DNA of 64,000 bases, taken from the NCBI GenBank assembly GCA_011109175.1, contig RDEW01000054.1, positions 221,885 through 285,884 on the forward strand, written 5' to 3'. The translations under genes and the position numbers were made by a program. Below are positions 1 to 11,627 of this stretch, piece after piece; the first letter of the stretch is position 1, and each line of letters opens with the position of its first letter. This DNA comes from Dicyema japonicum. Taxonomy: Eukaryota; Animalia; Dicyemida. The notes below the pieces were generated by a model. The model did not search any database, was not told where the DNA came from, and saw only the letters and a program-made list of their open reading frames with translations.

Positions 1-1470
1 GTGAGGGTATCCGCCAACGCAGAGGAACTTGAAAATTTCTACTCGTCCTTATCATCGGCTTACTCCTCCTGTTCAGTTCTTACATGCTCTTTATAGCGGA
101 ATTCCAAAGTGGGGAAAAAGCAGGACGAATCAAATTGCCTGGGCAGCCACCCTCGAGGAATTAGAAATCTGCCTGGGGAGGCCCTTATACATTTCTTGAG
201 ACATGTTACGACGTGGACAGGGAAGAAAAGAGACTCCTGTGGATATCGGGTCAATATATTTAACCAAATCGACTACATACTATACAGGCAAACACAAAAG
301 GGGCTACTCACGGACTCATGTACGTACAGTGGCATGATGACCTCGAGTGATCACAGACTACTAGTGGCACGTCTCATTCTAAAGCGACGCTTTAGAATCT
401 CTTGAGCACTGGCACCATGTATGCGGTGCTGGACCTTGGCCGTGGAGGCTCTATGTGGTTCCGACAATACCCGTAAAAAGTACGGCGAGAAAATATCGAA
501 ACTGTTGGAAAATGTCGACACGAATGTCACCCGGGCTGCTATGGAAGAATATTTCTATCTGAGTCTGGCAGGCTGCTGGGATGGTATTGGGAAATCGCCC
601 AAGGAGGTTCAAGGACAAAGAAATAGGAAGTCTAGACAAGAAGAAAATGACTCTCTTAAAAAAACGTCAGACTCAAGAAGGAAAAATGACTCTTAAAAAA
701 GAACGCAACAGAATCAAATACAAAATGAAGAGAAGAGTGAAGGGAACTAACCCGGCATACATTGGATAACTTGGCAAAAGACGCCAAACGATACAAACAT
801 GGTGCAAGAATGTTTGCTGCGGTTAAACAATTATCCCGCAATACGAGACCGGAAATAATCGTAGTTTTCGATGATAGAGAAAAGTACAATCAGCGGCCAG
901 AAATCAGCAAATAAAATTTTCGCTTTTACAAAAAACTACTAAATCTCAATGAACATTTAAAACCGTTCGAAGGAATTCCCAGAGACCTGAACCAAAACAT
1001 CACGCATTACGAAATCATTTCACCCTTGGGTAAGCTCAAGAATGGCAGAACCCCTAGACCCGACAACATGAGTGGAGAATTATTGAAAAACGCGCCAGAC
1101 AGGGTGGCTGAGTTAATCTGCACAGTCCGAAACAGGACATTCAAATGTCACAGTCCATTTTATGCGGGAAATGGCACCTTGATCCCAATTCAGAAATCTA
1201 GAAAGGAAATAGGAAATCTAAACAATCTACGCCGATTACACTAATGAATACGATAAGGAAAATACTGTCCCTTGTTGTGCTGGATCGTATTTCAGGCCCT
1301 GTAAATGACTTCCTGAACTCAAGTCAAAGTGGATTCAGACTTGAAGGTCGACAGCAGACGTTGTATGGAACCATAGACGGCTGTGTGCAATGTGCCAGAA
1401 ACACATAGAAGAAATCTCATTCTTTGGAATTGACCTATCCGTTTTTTCGACACCATCAATCGCAAAAAAG
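1..1470 (+). mobile_element. Degenerate RTE-like non-LTR retrotransposon fragment (APE to RT start), cut by window edge
   Basis: NQIDYIL, SDHRLL, LKNGRTPRPDNM..ELLK, QSGFR and GIDL..F.T motifs across broken frames; resembles the element at 23168-26217. Confidence 0.85.
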
Positions 1471-2210
1471 CTAATGCTCTTCATTCTGCCTGGTTATCCT
1501 CTAACGAATCAGATAAACTTGGAGTGCAAATTCTGCATGATATGGAGGATTTAGTTATTCTAAATAACTCTTTTCTACATAATCGTTGTGCTTCTATACG
1601 TTCAGATCATTTTAATACTTCTCCGGATGTCTCCCTCTGTTTTAAAAATATCGTTCTCGACGTTCAACTAGATGTTCTTAATAATCAACAGACTGACTAC
1701 AATCAAATTGTAATTACCTACAACCATCAATCTACAAAAAGGAGGATCACAAAGACGTATTTAAACTATAAACATGGAAAGTGGATTTTTATATAAACGA
1801 GACTGAGCTCGTACTCAGCGACTTTTCTTGTACATCTTTTCGCTCTTTTGCTGCCGTTGTCGAGTTCTTCACAGACTAATAGAAGTCCTGACGGTCTCTC
1901 CATACACCATCTAAAAAACTTGGTCCGAGTTGGTTTCATGCCTTAACTAAATTAATCGAATACTCAGTCAATCGCATAGCAGTCCACTGCTTTGGAAAAA
2001 AATCAACTATCATCTCTATTCTGAAGCCTTACCGTGACCTATCCGATCTTTCTTTTCCCACAGAATTTTTTACTGTCTGCTGTTTCGAAGATCAAGGAAC
2101 GTTTTTTAACTAAATTTAACCAATCTCAGCACAGATTTCAACTTTTCCATTTCACTACTACACATTTATCTAAACTCACTTAGCTTATTGCAACTGGAAT
2201 TAATAATCAG
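1471..2210 (+). mobile_element. Decayed Ingi/Vingi-like LINE fragment (target of the hAT insertion)
   Basis: Remnant NAxHxxWL, TSPDVSLC and QHRF..HFTTTHL motifs like the intact copies; many stops. Confidence 0.6.
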
Positions 2211-3914
2211 TAGGGCAAGTTGTTTCTAGCACTTAAAAAAATTTTTTAGCGCTAAAAAATCATAAAATCTAGCAATTATAATTAAAAAAGTTAGCACTTA
2301 AAATGATAAAATCTAGCATTTAAAATTGTAAAATCTATAACTTAAAATAATAAAATAAAACATTTAAATTTTATTTATTGTAATATAATAAAAGTTAATG
2401 CTTGATATTGTCTGGATGAAAGTTCCTATCCTTTTTTAAAAATTTTTTAGCATTTTAATAGCTCTTTCAACAGATGCATAGGATGCCTGACAGCGTGAAA
2501 GAGAAAAATAATCTTGTTGGCTAATTTTTGGTTCAGTCATTTCAATAATAAGTTTAAATCCATTCTCCTTCATTTTTTTATTTATATAATTTTTGATATT
2601 TGCCTTGTCATTATCAAAATGTAGTCTTTGTATAATAGTAATCTTCCATGATTTGATTGCAAGGAATCACTTCGTCCATTCTCAGAACATGTCCGATAAG
2701 TCGCCAGCGTGAGGTAATTACTTCTCTGCTTATCGGTTTGCATTTACATAATTTGTAGAGAGTGTCTTTTTTGATAATCTGTGGCCATTTAATTCCCGCA
2801 ATTTTTCTCAATTGATTTCTATGAAATGTGTCTAGTCAGTCACGGTCCGTTTTTGATGTTCTCCATGTTCCCGAGTTGTATAATAGGACTGGTTGTATGA
2901 ACGCGCTATATAAGCGCATCCGAAGATTTAAGGAGATAAATTTTCTGCGAGTCCAAATACTCCACATCTTTTCAGTGCACACGATACCAACATCTTTCTG
3001 CGAGCAATGACCTCAGCATCACCCAAAAACGAGCCGAGCCTTTTAGTAAACTTCCATTTCTCATCGAACCGCTGAATCGAAGTTAACTCCGTTTTTCTGA
3101 ATTGATCTTCAAAGACCACCTCTCCAGAACTGTTGTGGCTTTATCTATTACAGTTCTTAGTACCACCACATCCTCAGACACAAAATTGATGTCATCAGCA
3201 TACATTAATTCAACAAAATGATTATTTAAGTGACCTAATTCTTTCCTAACGTCCCTCAACGCAGCTTCCAAATAGATTGCAAGGAGAACTGGCGAAAGCG
3301 AGTCCCCTTGCAGAATACCAATGCCGGTCGTGATTTTTTCCGAATAGCCCTTCCCCACTTTCACTATGAGGCTCGTGTCAGCCAGCAAAAAACGCACAAT
3401 ATCAAACAGTCCTCATCAATTATGTCCTTGAGAACTTGCAATAGTTTATCTCAGCAGACACAGTCGAATGCTTTTGATTAGCCGACTCCCAGAGTATATA
3501 TTGTTTTTCTGTACTTCTGACATATTGACGTAAGCTACCGATGACTCCATACTATATCAGCAGTTGATTTTCCTGGTCTGAATCCGCTTTGACTTGGTGA
3601 CAAGTATTGGTCAACTGAATTTGATATTCAATTCAATGTTGTAATCGACAATGTTTTTCGCAAAGTGGTCAAAAGCATGATCGGTTTGAAATTTTCGATT
3701 GGACCTGCAGGTTTCGGAATCCGTAAACACATTATTAACTGCAATTTAAATTAGCATTTAAACAAAAATTAGCATTTAAAATTAAAAATAGCACTTATAG
3801 CATTTATAATGTATGTTTTTTTAACAAAATTAAAAAATAATTATTCCAAATTCAATTGTATATTTAAAAAAGTATAAAAAATAAAAATAGCATTTTAGCA
3901 CTTAAATTGCCCTA
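2211..3914 (-). mobile_element. Non-autonomous hAT-type DNA transposon
   Basis: Termini TAGGGCAA...TTGCCCTA; perfect 8-bp TSD ATAATCAG (2203-2210, 3915-3922); subterminal TAGCAYTTAA repeats at both ends; transposase C-terminal remnant CQASYASVERAIKMLKNFLKKDRNF on minus strand at ~2375-2600. Confidence 0.85.
2612..3722 (-). mobile_element. RTE-like RT fragment inside the hAT element
   Basis: GILQGDSLSPVLLAIYLE, MYADDI, RWRLIGHVLRM; no tail visible. Confidence 0.85.
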
Positions 3915-4211
3915 ATAATCAGACAGAAAAACATTGAATTTTGCTGTTCCTGATTTGGGTCATCTTTACGAAAATCAAAAAGTCTGCCTCAGAATAATTA
4001 ACTGTTGCTTAAAAATACTCTAACTTATCACTTCCATTTGGAGTCAAAAATAGTCTCAACGACATAAGACCGGACAAGTAAAGTCGTCATCTAGCTCTTC
4101 ATGTTCACTTGTTGAGCACGGAATAGATCACTTTTTGTGTCATGGCCGCTTTCGGTTTCTCCTCCACATGAAAGCAACCTTTTGGATTTCTGAGAACGTC
4201 TATTTATGGTA

Positions 4212-5150
4212 GTTATTTATTTACCCCCGGTCCCTTCAAATGAAAGAAACTGATGGCTAACAAAACGTTGCAGCCAAGAGCAGACGCTCCCAGAGATCCG
4301 GCAGGTATTTTTGGTTCTATTTATTTAACACCCAAGACCACAGGTAAAACCAAAACTAACTATCACGTGATCCCGATGCGCTCCGCCAAAATCCTCATTC
4401 TTTTCCGGTGCTCCTCCCTCGTACCCACACAAGCTCGTACTGGGCGGTTGACTGTATTTGCAGGGTCACCTTCCCGCATGCCGGAGTTTTGTTTAATGAG
4501 GGCCTCCAGAGAAGTCGATCCGGTTCTGTGTCTCCCACAAGACCACCGCTCCGTCATTCTGAAAGCCTTCTTTTGAATGTCCTCGATTTTATTTTTGGTT
4601 CTGAAGAGGTATTTTTGGTTCTGAAGAGAACTAGTAGGTAACCCGGGACAAGTAAAAAAATGATCCGTCTTCTAATCTTCAAGAAAGCACGATAGCAATA
4701 GTGAATAGGACGATTGTCCAATCCTGTAAAGATATGAATGTAAATTCAAGTAATGACCACAACGTAGGCGCGCCTAGTGGACGCGAACTTCCCGAGGAGG
4801 AAATCTTCGCTTCCGTCAACAATAGGTGGAATACGCTCCAGAAGCTTGTTTATACCAAGGCTTGAGCTAGATGTCCCAGCGTTTAACATTGTCAAAAAAT
4901 TGTAGACTTAGCATCTTGAAATGGTCCCTGATTGTGAGAATTTTTGATTCCCAGTATAGGTGGTCTGTTGGAGTAGTTTTTAGGCATTCAATCGTTATTC
5001 TTAGAGCAGAATTTTGACTCGTTTATTATTGATAAACAGGGACCCCAGACAGAAACAGCGTAGTTCATCGTTGTTCTAATAAATTGTCTGTAAATACTGG
5101 TCAAGCTCTCTTTGCTCTGCCAAATGACTTACTCATCACGGCCCGTTTAG
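4212..5150 (-). mobile_element. Ingi/Vingi-like 3' fragment with a second 3' fragment (4319-4606) nested in it
   Basis: Two GGG(G)T-(TAAA)n tails at ~4212-4228 and ~4319-4333; inner piece ends ERIGIT* and is flanked by a 16-bp direct repeat AGGTATTTTTGGTTCT (4303-4318, 4607-4622). Confidence 0.75.
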
Positions 5151-5293
5151 TTACGTTCTTGTTAGCCACTGATTACAATCCTCTTCTTCATTTCTTTCAG
5201 TAATAGCCTACAAATTTCGGGACATTAACAATTACAAAGATTAAATATTTATAGTTACTAAGATTAAAATTTATTTAATGTCAATTTAAAAAA

Positions 5294-5354
5294 TTCTCAC
5301 TTTGATGTGAATGATTCTCACATTGATGTGAATAAGTTCTCACTTTGAAGTGAA
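5294..5354. repeat. Three copies of the quasi-palindrome TTCTCACWTTGAWGTGAA, period 21-22 bp
   Basis: Copies at 5294, 5315 and 5337, followed by AACCTTGTA, which resembles a Tc1/mariner-type end plus TA. Confidence 0.8.
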
Positions 5355-6224
5355 AACCTTGTATATTGCTTCCATTATCAACTTTGATTACGGAATAGCT
5401 GTAGCCTGCCTCCATTTCCAGCTAAGCACTTCGTATCCTTCATAGATTCCAAATTGGTTGCAGATTTTACAATTTTTTTCTTAAGGGTAACTACAATTAT
5501 ATATTTGTCAATCTCCTCCATCATTATCAACATCCTATTTTCTTTCTCAGCGAGTATTTTTAGATGATCAATCAAAAAATTAGTGATTTTTTGTATGTCA
5601 AAAGAAATGATTCGTATTGATTAATAAGTAATTTTTAATTTAGGATTCTTGGTAAAAAATCTATAACTAAACGAAGTTTTGGATGGCGAATCTATTGCTG
5701 GCAAATTTTATAATTCCAATCTTCTATTTGTTGAAGTTAAAATCACTCTCCATTTGTTTATTGATATTTATGAATCTTCCAATCCAGGTTGAGACTAGAA
5801 CAGCCTAATACATTACTAAGAAAATTATGGTCTACAGAATCAAAAGCTTTATCTACCGTATTCATTGTTTATACATTGGGTTTTCAAGAATTAACACATG
5901 TAGTGTCAGTATAGTAATGCATATAATTGGAAGTGAATCATTAGGAGATCTCCAAGCTGTTTTTTGCTATTAATATGTAAGGAAGAGCTTCTCAGTTGTT
6001 ATGCGGAGGCTAGGTCCACAGCCGAAATTGATCCAATTTTGGTTTGATCATCTTGATAGTATTGGTGCAAACCAGATCATTCAAATCGTGCTGTTTTTCT
6101 AAGCTTTTTGGGGTACCAAGGTTTAGGCGTGTCCAAAGTTCTAGAAACCATAAACCATAATCATAACAACTGTAAATAGGAGTTAACTAGAAGGTTTTTA
6201 TCTCAGTCCTCTCCGTAATGGCCT

Positions 6225-6592
6225 GGACACTCTGCACGTCCCCCATCTCCTTCATTATTAAACGCCCGTATGTCTAGAACCCATCAAGTCCAAAGCTAGT
6301 TGGTCCTTTTCCAGTTATTCCACAGTAGGTCCCTTCCCCCTATGTTCCTCTCAAGTAGTCCCAATTAGCATGTAGGGTCAAGTGATGTGGGTACTAGGTC
6401 CAGCGTGAAAAATCTCCAGAGAGTTTGCCCCCTTCGCTTTACAATAGGTTTCTTAGTTTGGACACTTTGCAAGTGCCCTATCTTCTTCATTAATGAACGC
6501 CCGTATGTCCAGAACATAGTAGGTCCAAAGCTAGTAAGTCCTTCACCAGTTAGTTCTCTCCAGTATGTTCTTCCACAGTAGTCCTAATTCGC
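6225..6592. repeat. Diverged direct duplication (~235-bp period) with relic coding character on the minus strand
   Basis: 6225-6372 vs 6461-6592 share GGACACT.TGCA.GT, AACGCCCGTATGTC.AGAAC and GTCCAAAGCTAGT; minus-strand peptides LDIRAFNNEGDGGRAECP / LDIRAFINEEDRALAKCP. Confidence 0.75.
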
Positions 6593-7070
6593 CTGTTGGG
6601 ACCAATGATATGGGTAACAAAATCTTGTAGACCCCAATTCGTATATATGTATCAATTGTTGTGGGTACCAGGTCCTACTTGGAAAATATCGAAAGATTTT
6701 GACCCTTTGAGTACTACGCCTTTCAATAAATTCATTCGTCTTAAAATGGGTTCCTTTGTCTTGTAAAATATGTTCCTTCGTCTTGAAACTCTGCGACTTG
6801 AAAAACTGTTCGTTAATTGAAAATTCCACGTAACACCCATGGCGCCACGTAAAATTTTTATTAGCTCGCTCAAAGTTCTCGAAAAAGACTTTCTAGTGGT
6901 TTGGCTCGCGATCCGTGCGGGTAATGTAGTATATTGCGTGTGAGACAATTCTTCCAAATTTGTAATTGCAATAAATAAATCTTAAATATTTTTTGATATA
7001 TCTTAATATTTTTTTAAATCTTTTAAAATCAATTTAAACTAATGCTAAATATAGTATCTAAGCATTTTTC

Positions 7071-8268
7071 ATGGATATAGGTTGGAAATATTCTATGAAT
7101 TCAAAGATACAGAAAAGATAAATTTAAATTCAAATGAGATAAATCAGCAAAGGGAAAAATTAATAGAAGACCGTAATGTTAATATTAATTATTTTAATTT
7201 TTTCAGACTTTAAGGAAACATCAAGAAAAGTTGAAAAAGAAAAGTTATGAAATTCAAAGCAAACTGTCTACCTATTTTAAAAAGATCAAACAAAATGAAA
7301 AAATTGAAGAAAATATAACTGACCAAAATAAGAGATATGTTAGGCAAATGAGTTTCAATTAATTTAAATATAAAATTAGTGTTAATTGATGAACTACATA
7401 AAAATAATGAAATCGAAACTGTGAAATTTAAAGCAGAAATAGAAGATTTAAATATAGATATGAAACAATTGAACGAACAAGTGACTAAAGAAAATGCGAT
7501 ATTAATCAAGAAAAGAAAAGAAAAATTTCGAAAGATTTATTATTTTAATACCAACAAAATTATTCCTGAAACAGTTGCTATTAAAATTTTATTAATAAGT
7601 TATTGGATAATTTTTTAAATCAAATAAGCAACTTAGATGAAGAATTGGGTAAGGAAAGACGGGAATATTTTGAAAATGAAAGGCGCCTAAATGAAACTGA
7701 AAATATGCTTAAATCAAAAGTTGAAATGAGTTAAATGATTTTAGGAAGAATTAATCGAAGGACTAAATATGATAGATTTTGAACAATTAAAAATTGAAAA
7801 TCAAACTTATAATGAAAAAATTGAAGAACGAAATGAAGTATAATATCATTAAATATAGATAACACAATAGGAAATATTGAAACTAAAGAAAAAAATAAAA
7901 AATAATATAGAAATTATAACCCACTGTAAAGAAAAGTTTGACTTCTTAAATAGATTAATAAATGAAAGGAATAATGAATTTATTAATGTTATGGCCATAC
8001 TTTCTGATGTAATATTACTTTTTTATTCAAGAAAAGAGAAATTTTATCAAAACTAAAACAAGAAAGAGACAAATTGCGTATAAAAAACCATCAAATAAAA
8101 AGCAGTTATGGATTATTAGAAAATATAAGTCTTATTAAAAATTATGAAAACTGTGACGATCAAGTAAAAATATTAAATAAGCAAATTAATAATTATAAAC
8201 TGTCGCAATCAAACGCAACTATGGATATTAAACGAATTTCAACGATGATTAAGAAAATAAAATCTTAA
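7071..8268 (+). CDS. CCDC96: Coiled-coil domain-containing protein 96 (CFAP184, DUF4201), multi-exon
   Basis: Spliced translation contains EGLNMIDFEQLKIENQTYNEKIEERNEEILKLKKK...THCKEK; seven GT-AG introns of ~22-33 nt keep the frame from ATG 7071 to TAA 8268. Confidence 0.9.
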
Positions 8269-8364
8269 CAAATTAAATTCCTAACATAATTTTTAACATT
8301 ATATTCATTTTGGTAATGTTTAACACGATTATCAGCTACTGGTTTAAATGATAAATGTTTTTGT

Positions 8365-8910
8365 AAGGTGTACCGTCTTCTAGCTGTCTAGATGACAAAA
8401 AAGGCATAATATTGAAGCTGGTCTTTCTGTACTCAAACTACTATTCAATTCATACACTTATAGTTATCCTTGACTTATTCTAAAAACCTCGAACTGATTG
8501 CCTACGACTAGTATCAAAAATTCTCCATTGTTTAAAATTCCTTGACAAATTTAAAATGATAAACCAGCTGACCCATTGCCTATGGTTTTCTAAAAATAAA
8601 ATGAAATTCATACCTATCCTCGGCGACAAAGTTTGCATTCTTAGAAGTATTCTGGAGTCTGAGCTAACCCAGTCTCGCCCAAAACGATCCACGACTGTTT
8701 TTCTAAAAAAAGCGTTGCTATCAACAAGCTTTTGAGACGTCTGCCGTCAAATATTCGAATGTATAAACGCAAAGCTCATCTACATCGGAAAGTTTGTGTC
8801 CATTTGCGTGCCTACACTGAGGTCACCATACAGGTCACCACAGAATCTGAAGACCAGCTTCAATATTATGCCTTTTTTTGTCATCAGACAGCTAGAAGAC
8901 GGTACACCTT
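8365..8910. repeat. ~61-bp near-perfect inverted repeat pair in a probable decayed DNA transposon
   Basis: 8365-8425 is the reverse complement of 8850-8910 (AAGGTGTACCGTCTTCTAGCTGTCT-GATGACAAAAAAGGCATAATATTGAAGCTGGTCTT). Confidence 0.85.
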
Positions 8911-9330
8911 CACTTGTCCTGGTTCTCCTTCGATTTCTGCGCCTCAGCATGTACATTTCGGATCTTTTGGACCATCCGCTTTTAACAGCTTTTTTCTTGT
9001 TACCCAATGTTTTCCTTTATTTGAAGGAAATGGGAATAAATAATTAATTAATACAGCATTGACACAATATAAGCTCGATATATTCCTATTTGACAAAAAG
9101 TTGATTGAAATTTAAGTAGTTTAAGTTGGATGATTTAAGTCTGTTGAGGCGGAAAAATTCTATAACTGCAGCCTATTGAATCCAAATTATTTTACAAGGT
9201 CAAACTCAAGAATTTGCGGATTTTTTTAACATTGTAACATTTAGCATCGCATTTTTCCAAAGTACTTGAAAATCTAAAAATGTATTACAATATATTACCG
9301 TATATCCAAGTTACTGCTATTTTTTTAATT

Positions 9331-11350
9331 TATTTAACCCAAGACCACGGTAAAACCAAACTAATTATAACGTGATCCCGATACATTCTAACAGAGACCT
9401 CATCTTCCTTCGTTTCCGCGCATGAACGTACAGGAAGACTGCCTGAATTTTCAGGGCCACCTTTCTGTGATCTGGAGTCTAGTCTCATAAGGGCCTCCAG
9501 AGGCGTAGGTCCGGTTCGGTGATCTTCACAAATCCAACGCTCCGTTACTCTGTAAGCCCTCTTTTGCATTTCCTCAAGTTTCTTCATATTTGTCCAAGAT
9601 ATGGACGGTCCCCACGAGACGCATGAATATGAGAAACATGGCTCGATATACTATTTGTACACGTTCATCAAGACTGGGTAAGTACCACTTTTCCAAATTC
9701 CCGATAAATTTTTCAATACGTTCAGTTTCTTATCGCCGACCTTGTTTAACTTCATGGTGACTGTCTTCCTTCCCAATCTTTTGCCAGAGGTAAATAGTGA
9801 CGTAGACGACTTCTCTGCATTCACCACGAGCCGGTTTTCCACTATCCAGGCATTAAGTCTGTTAAGGTTAATTTGTATTCTTTCTGTGGCCTTCTGGATG
9901 TCCTAATCACGCTAAGCCAACACAATTTCATCTGCATAGGAAAGTAGAACATCATTATCAGATTCAAGAGTCGGGAGATCGGCCAGAAAGAGGTTAAACA
10001 GAGCAGGGGATAAAGGAAATCCTCGAGGGACTCCGTTGGGGATGAGCCGTAAGATTGATTTCAGACTTCCGAGGCAAATGAAGTTAGTAATCCAAAGCTT
10101 TAGCTTCCCTGGGATCTCCGATTGAAATATTTTTCTTGATAGAATCTTCCTCGAGACTGAGTCAAAAGCTTTATGCATGTCAATCGAGCAGAGCACTGTT
10201 TTAAAGTGTCTCGGCTTGGTTGTGAATCCGACTAGAATGAAGTCGATCAATGTTTGTAAGTATGTAGACGTGGATCTCTCATTTTTGAATCCATGTTGAA
10301 AAGGCCTCTCTGGTAAAAATTCTTTTATTCGTCCGAGCACAAGCCTTTCCAGGATTTTTGACATGGAACATAGTAGTGACACCGGTCTAAAAGACGCTGG
10401 GTCATCTCTCGGTCTTCCTGGTTTCAGTATTGGCCGTATTAGTGCCTGTTTCCATAATAATGGTATCACATTCTGGTTAATCGAATAGTTGAAAACCGAC
10501 GTAAGAAAAGCGACTCCCCCGTCTCCAAGATTTTTTAATAAAATAACAGGAATTTTGTCTGGTCCGTGGGAGTATGTCGTTTTTACGGAATGTATTGTAT
10601 CCCTCACCTCTCTCTCCGAAAAGAAAAGTGGTTCTGATTGTCTCTTTAGTTTCCTGCGTGATGGTAGTCAATCAGGTTTCATGTGCTCCTTGTGTGAAAT
10701 TTTAGTATAGAATTTTATCAAATTGTTCACATCATTTTGAACATAATCTTCCTCTTTTGAAACTTCATCGCCTTTTGCCACATTTCGAATAGCTTTTTAC
10801 ACCTCTCCCTTAGTGCGATTTCTATTCACCATTGTAAGCACACGATTCCACTTCAATCTCTGGGCCTTGAGCTCTTTGGCCTTTATTTCATTATTCAATG
10901 TTCTGATCCGGAGTTTCATATCCAAGGTTATCCGGTTAGATTTTTTAAGCTGATTTCTTTCTTTAATCAAGGCCGTCTTCCCTCGACCACTCGACGAATT
11001 TAAGTAATGTTTGGGTATAGCCCTTGATCTTGCTTCCAAGATTATTTGGATAAAGTAGCTGATGGTATTCTCCAGAGAACTGAAGTTATCCAAGTAACAA
11101 TTCTTCATTTTATCTTCTGAGATTTCACGATACAATTTCCAGTTAGCACATTTGTAATTGTAGCTGCTAGGAATTCTCCTCACGTTGGCCTCTTTTGATC
11201 ATCACCACAATTGGATTATGGTCGCTTCTTGTTTCGTAAAGGAATCTCCCCAGGAGGATGGGGTCTATCGGTCCTTTTTGGTGGGCATTAGGTGCCCCAT
11301 GGGCGTTTCCAAATCCTTTTGAATTGGTAGACCACATAACGCCACGCTAA
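9331..11350 (-). mobile_element. Internally deleted Ingi/Vingi-like LINE retaining both termini
   Basis: 5' motif TAGCGTGGCGTTATGTGG at 11349-11332; leader fused directly to the APE end (YETRSDHNPI); RT ORF 9912-10607 (FQHGFK, KAFDSV, SYADE); 3' stem and tail at 9331-9380. Confidence 0.9.
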
Positions 11351-11627
11351 AATCAAAAAAAAATCGAGAAGCATGTGCGTTGAGTATAAACATGGGTCTT
11401 ATGGATTACTCGAATCACCAGAATTAGTAAACTCTTTATGGAGGGTAGGGGAATAGGAGAATCTGCCCTTATCTTTCACGATAATGAATGGAACCAAATT
11501 GGGTTAAAACAATTAAAACTCCTAACTAAAATTTTTAAATAATGAAAAAATGAAACAAAAATACAAAATAGTTTTTAATCAAATCCATGAATTTAACGAT
11601 CAAATGTTTTTAAATAAATTATAAATA

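Noticed and set aside
5294-5354. CRISPR-like array
   Set aside because: Spacers are only 3-4 nt, there are three units, the context is eukaryotic and no cas genes are present.
7071-8268. Alternative genetic code (stop reassignment) explaining fragmented host ORFs
   Set aside because: Removing short GT-AG introns gives open frames in the standard code, and genes end in TAA, TAG or TGA.
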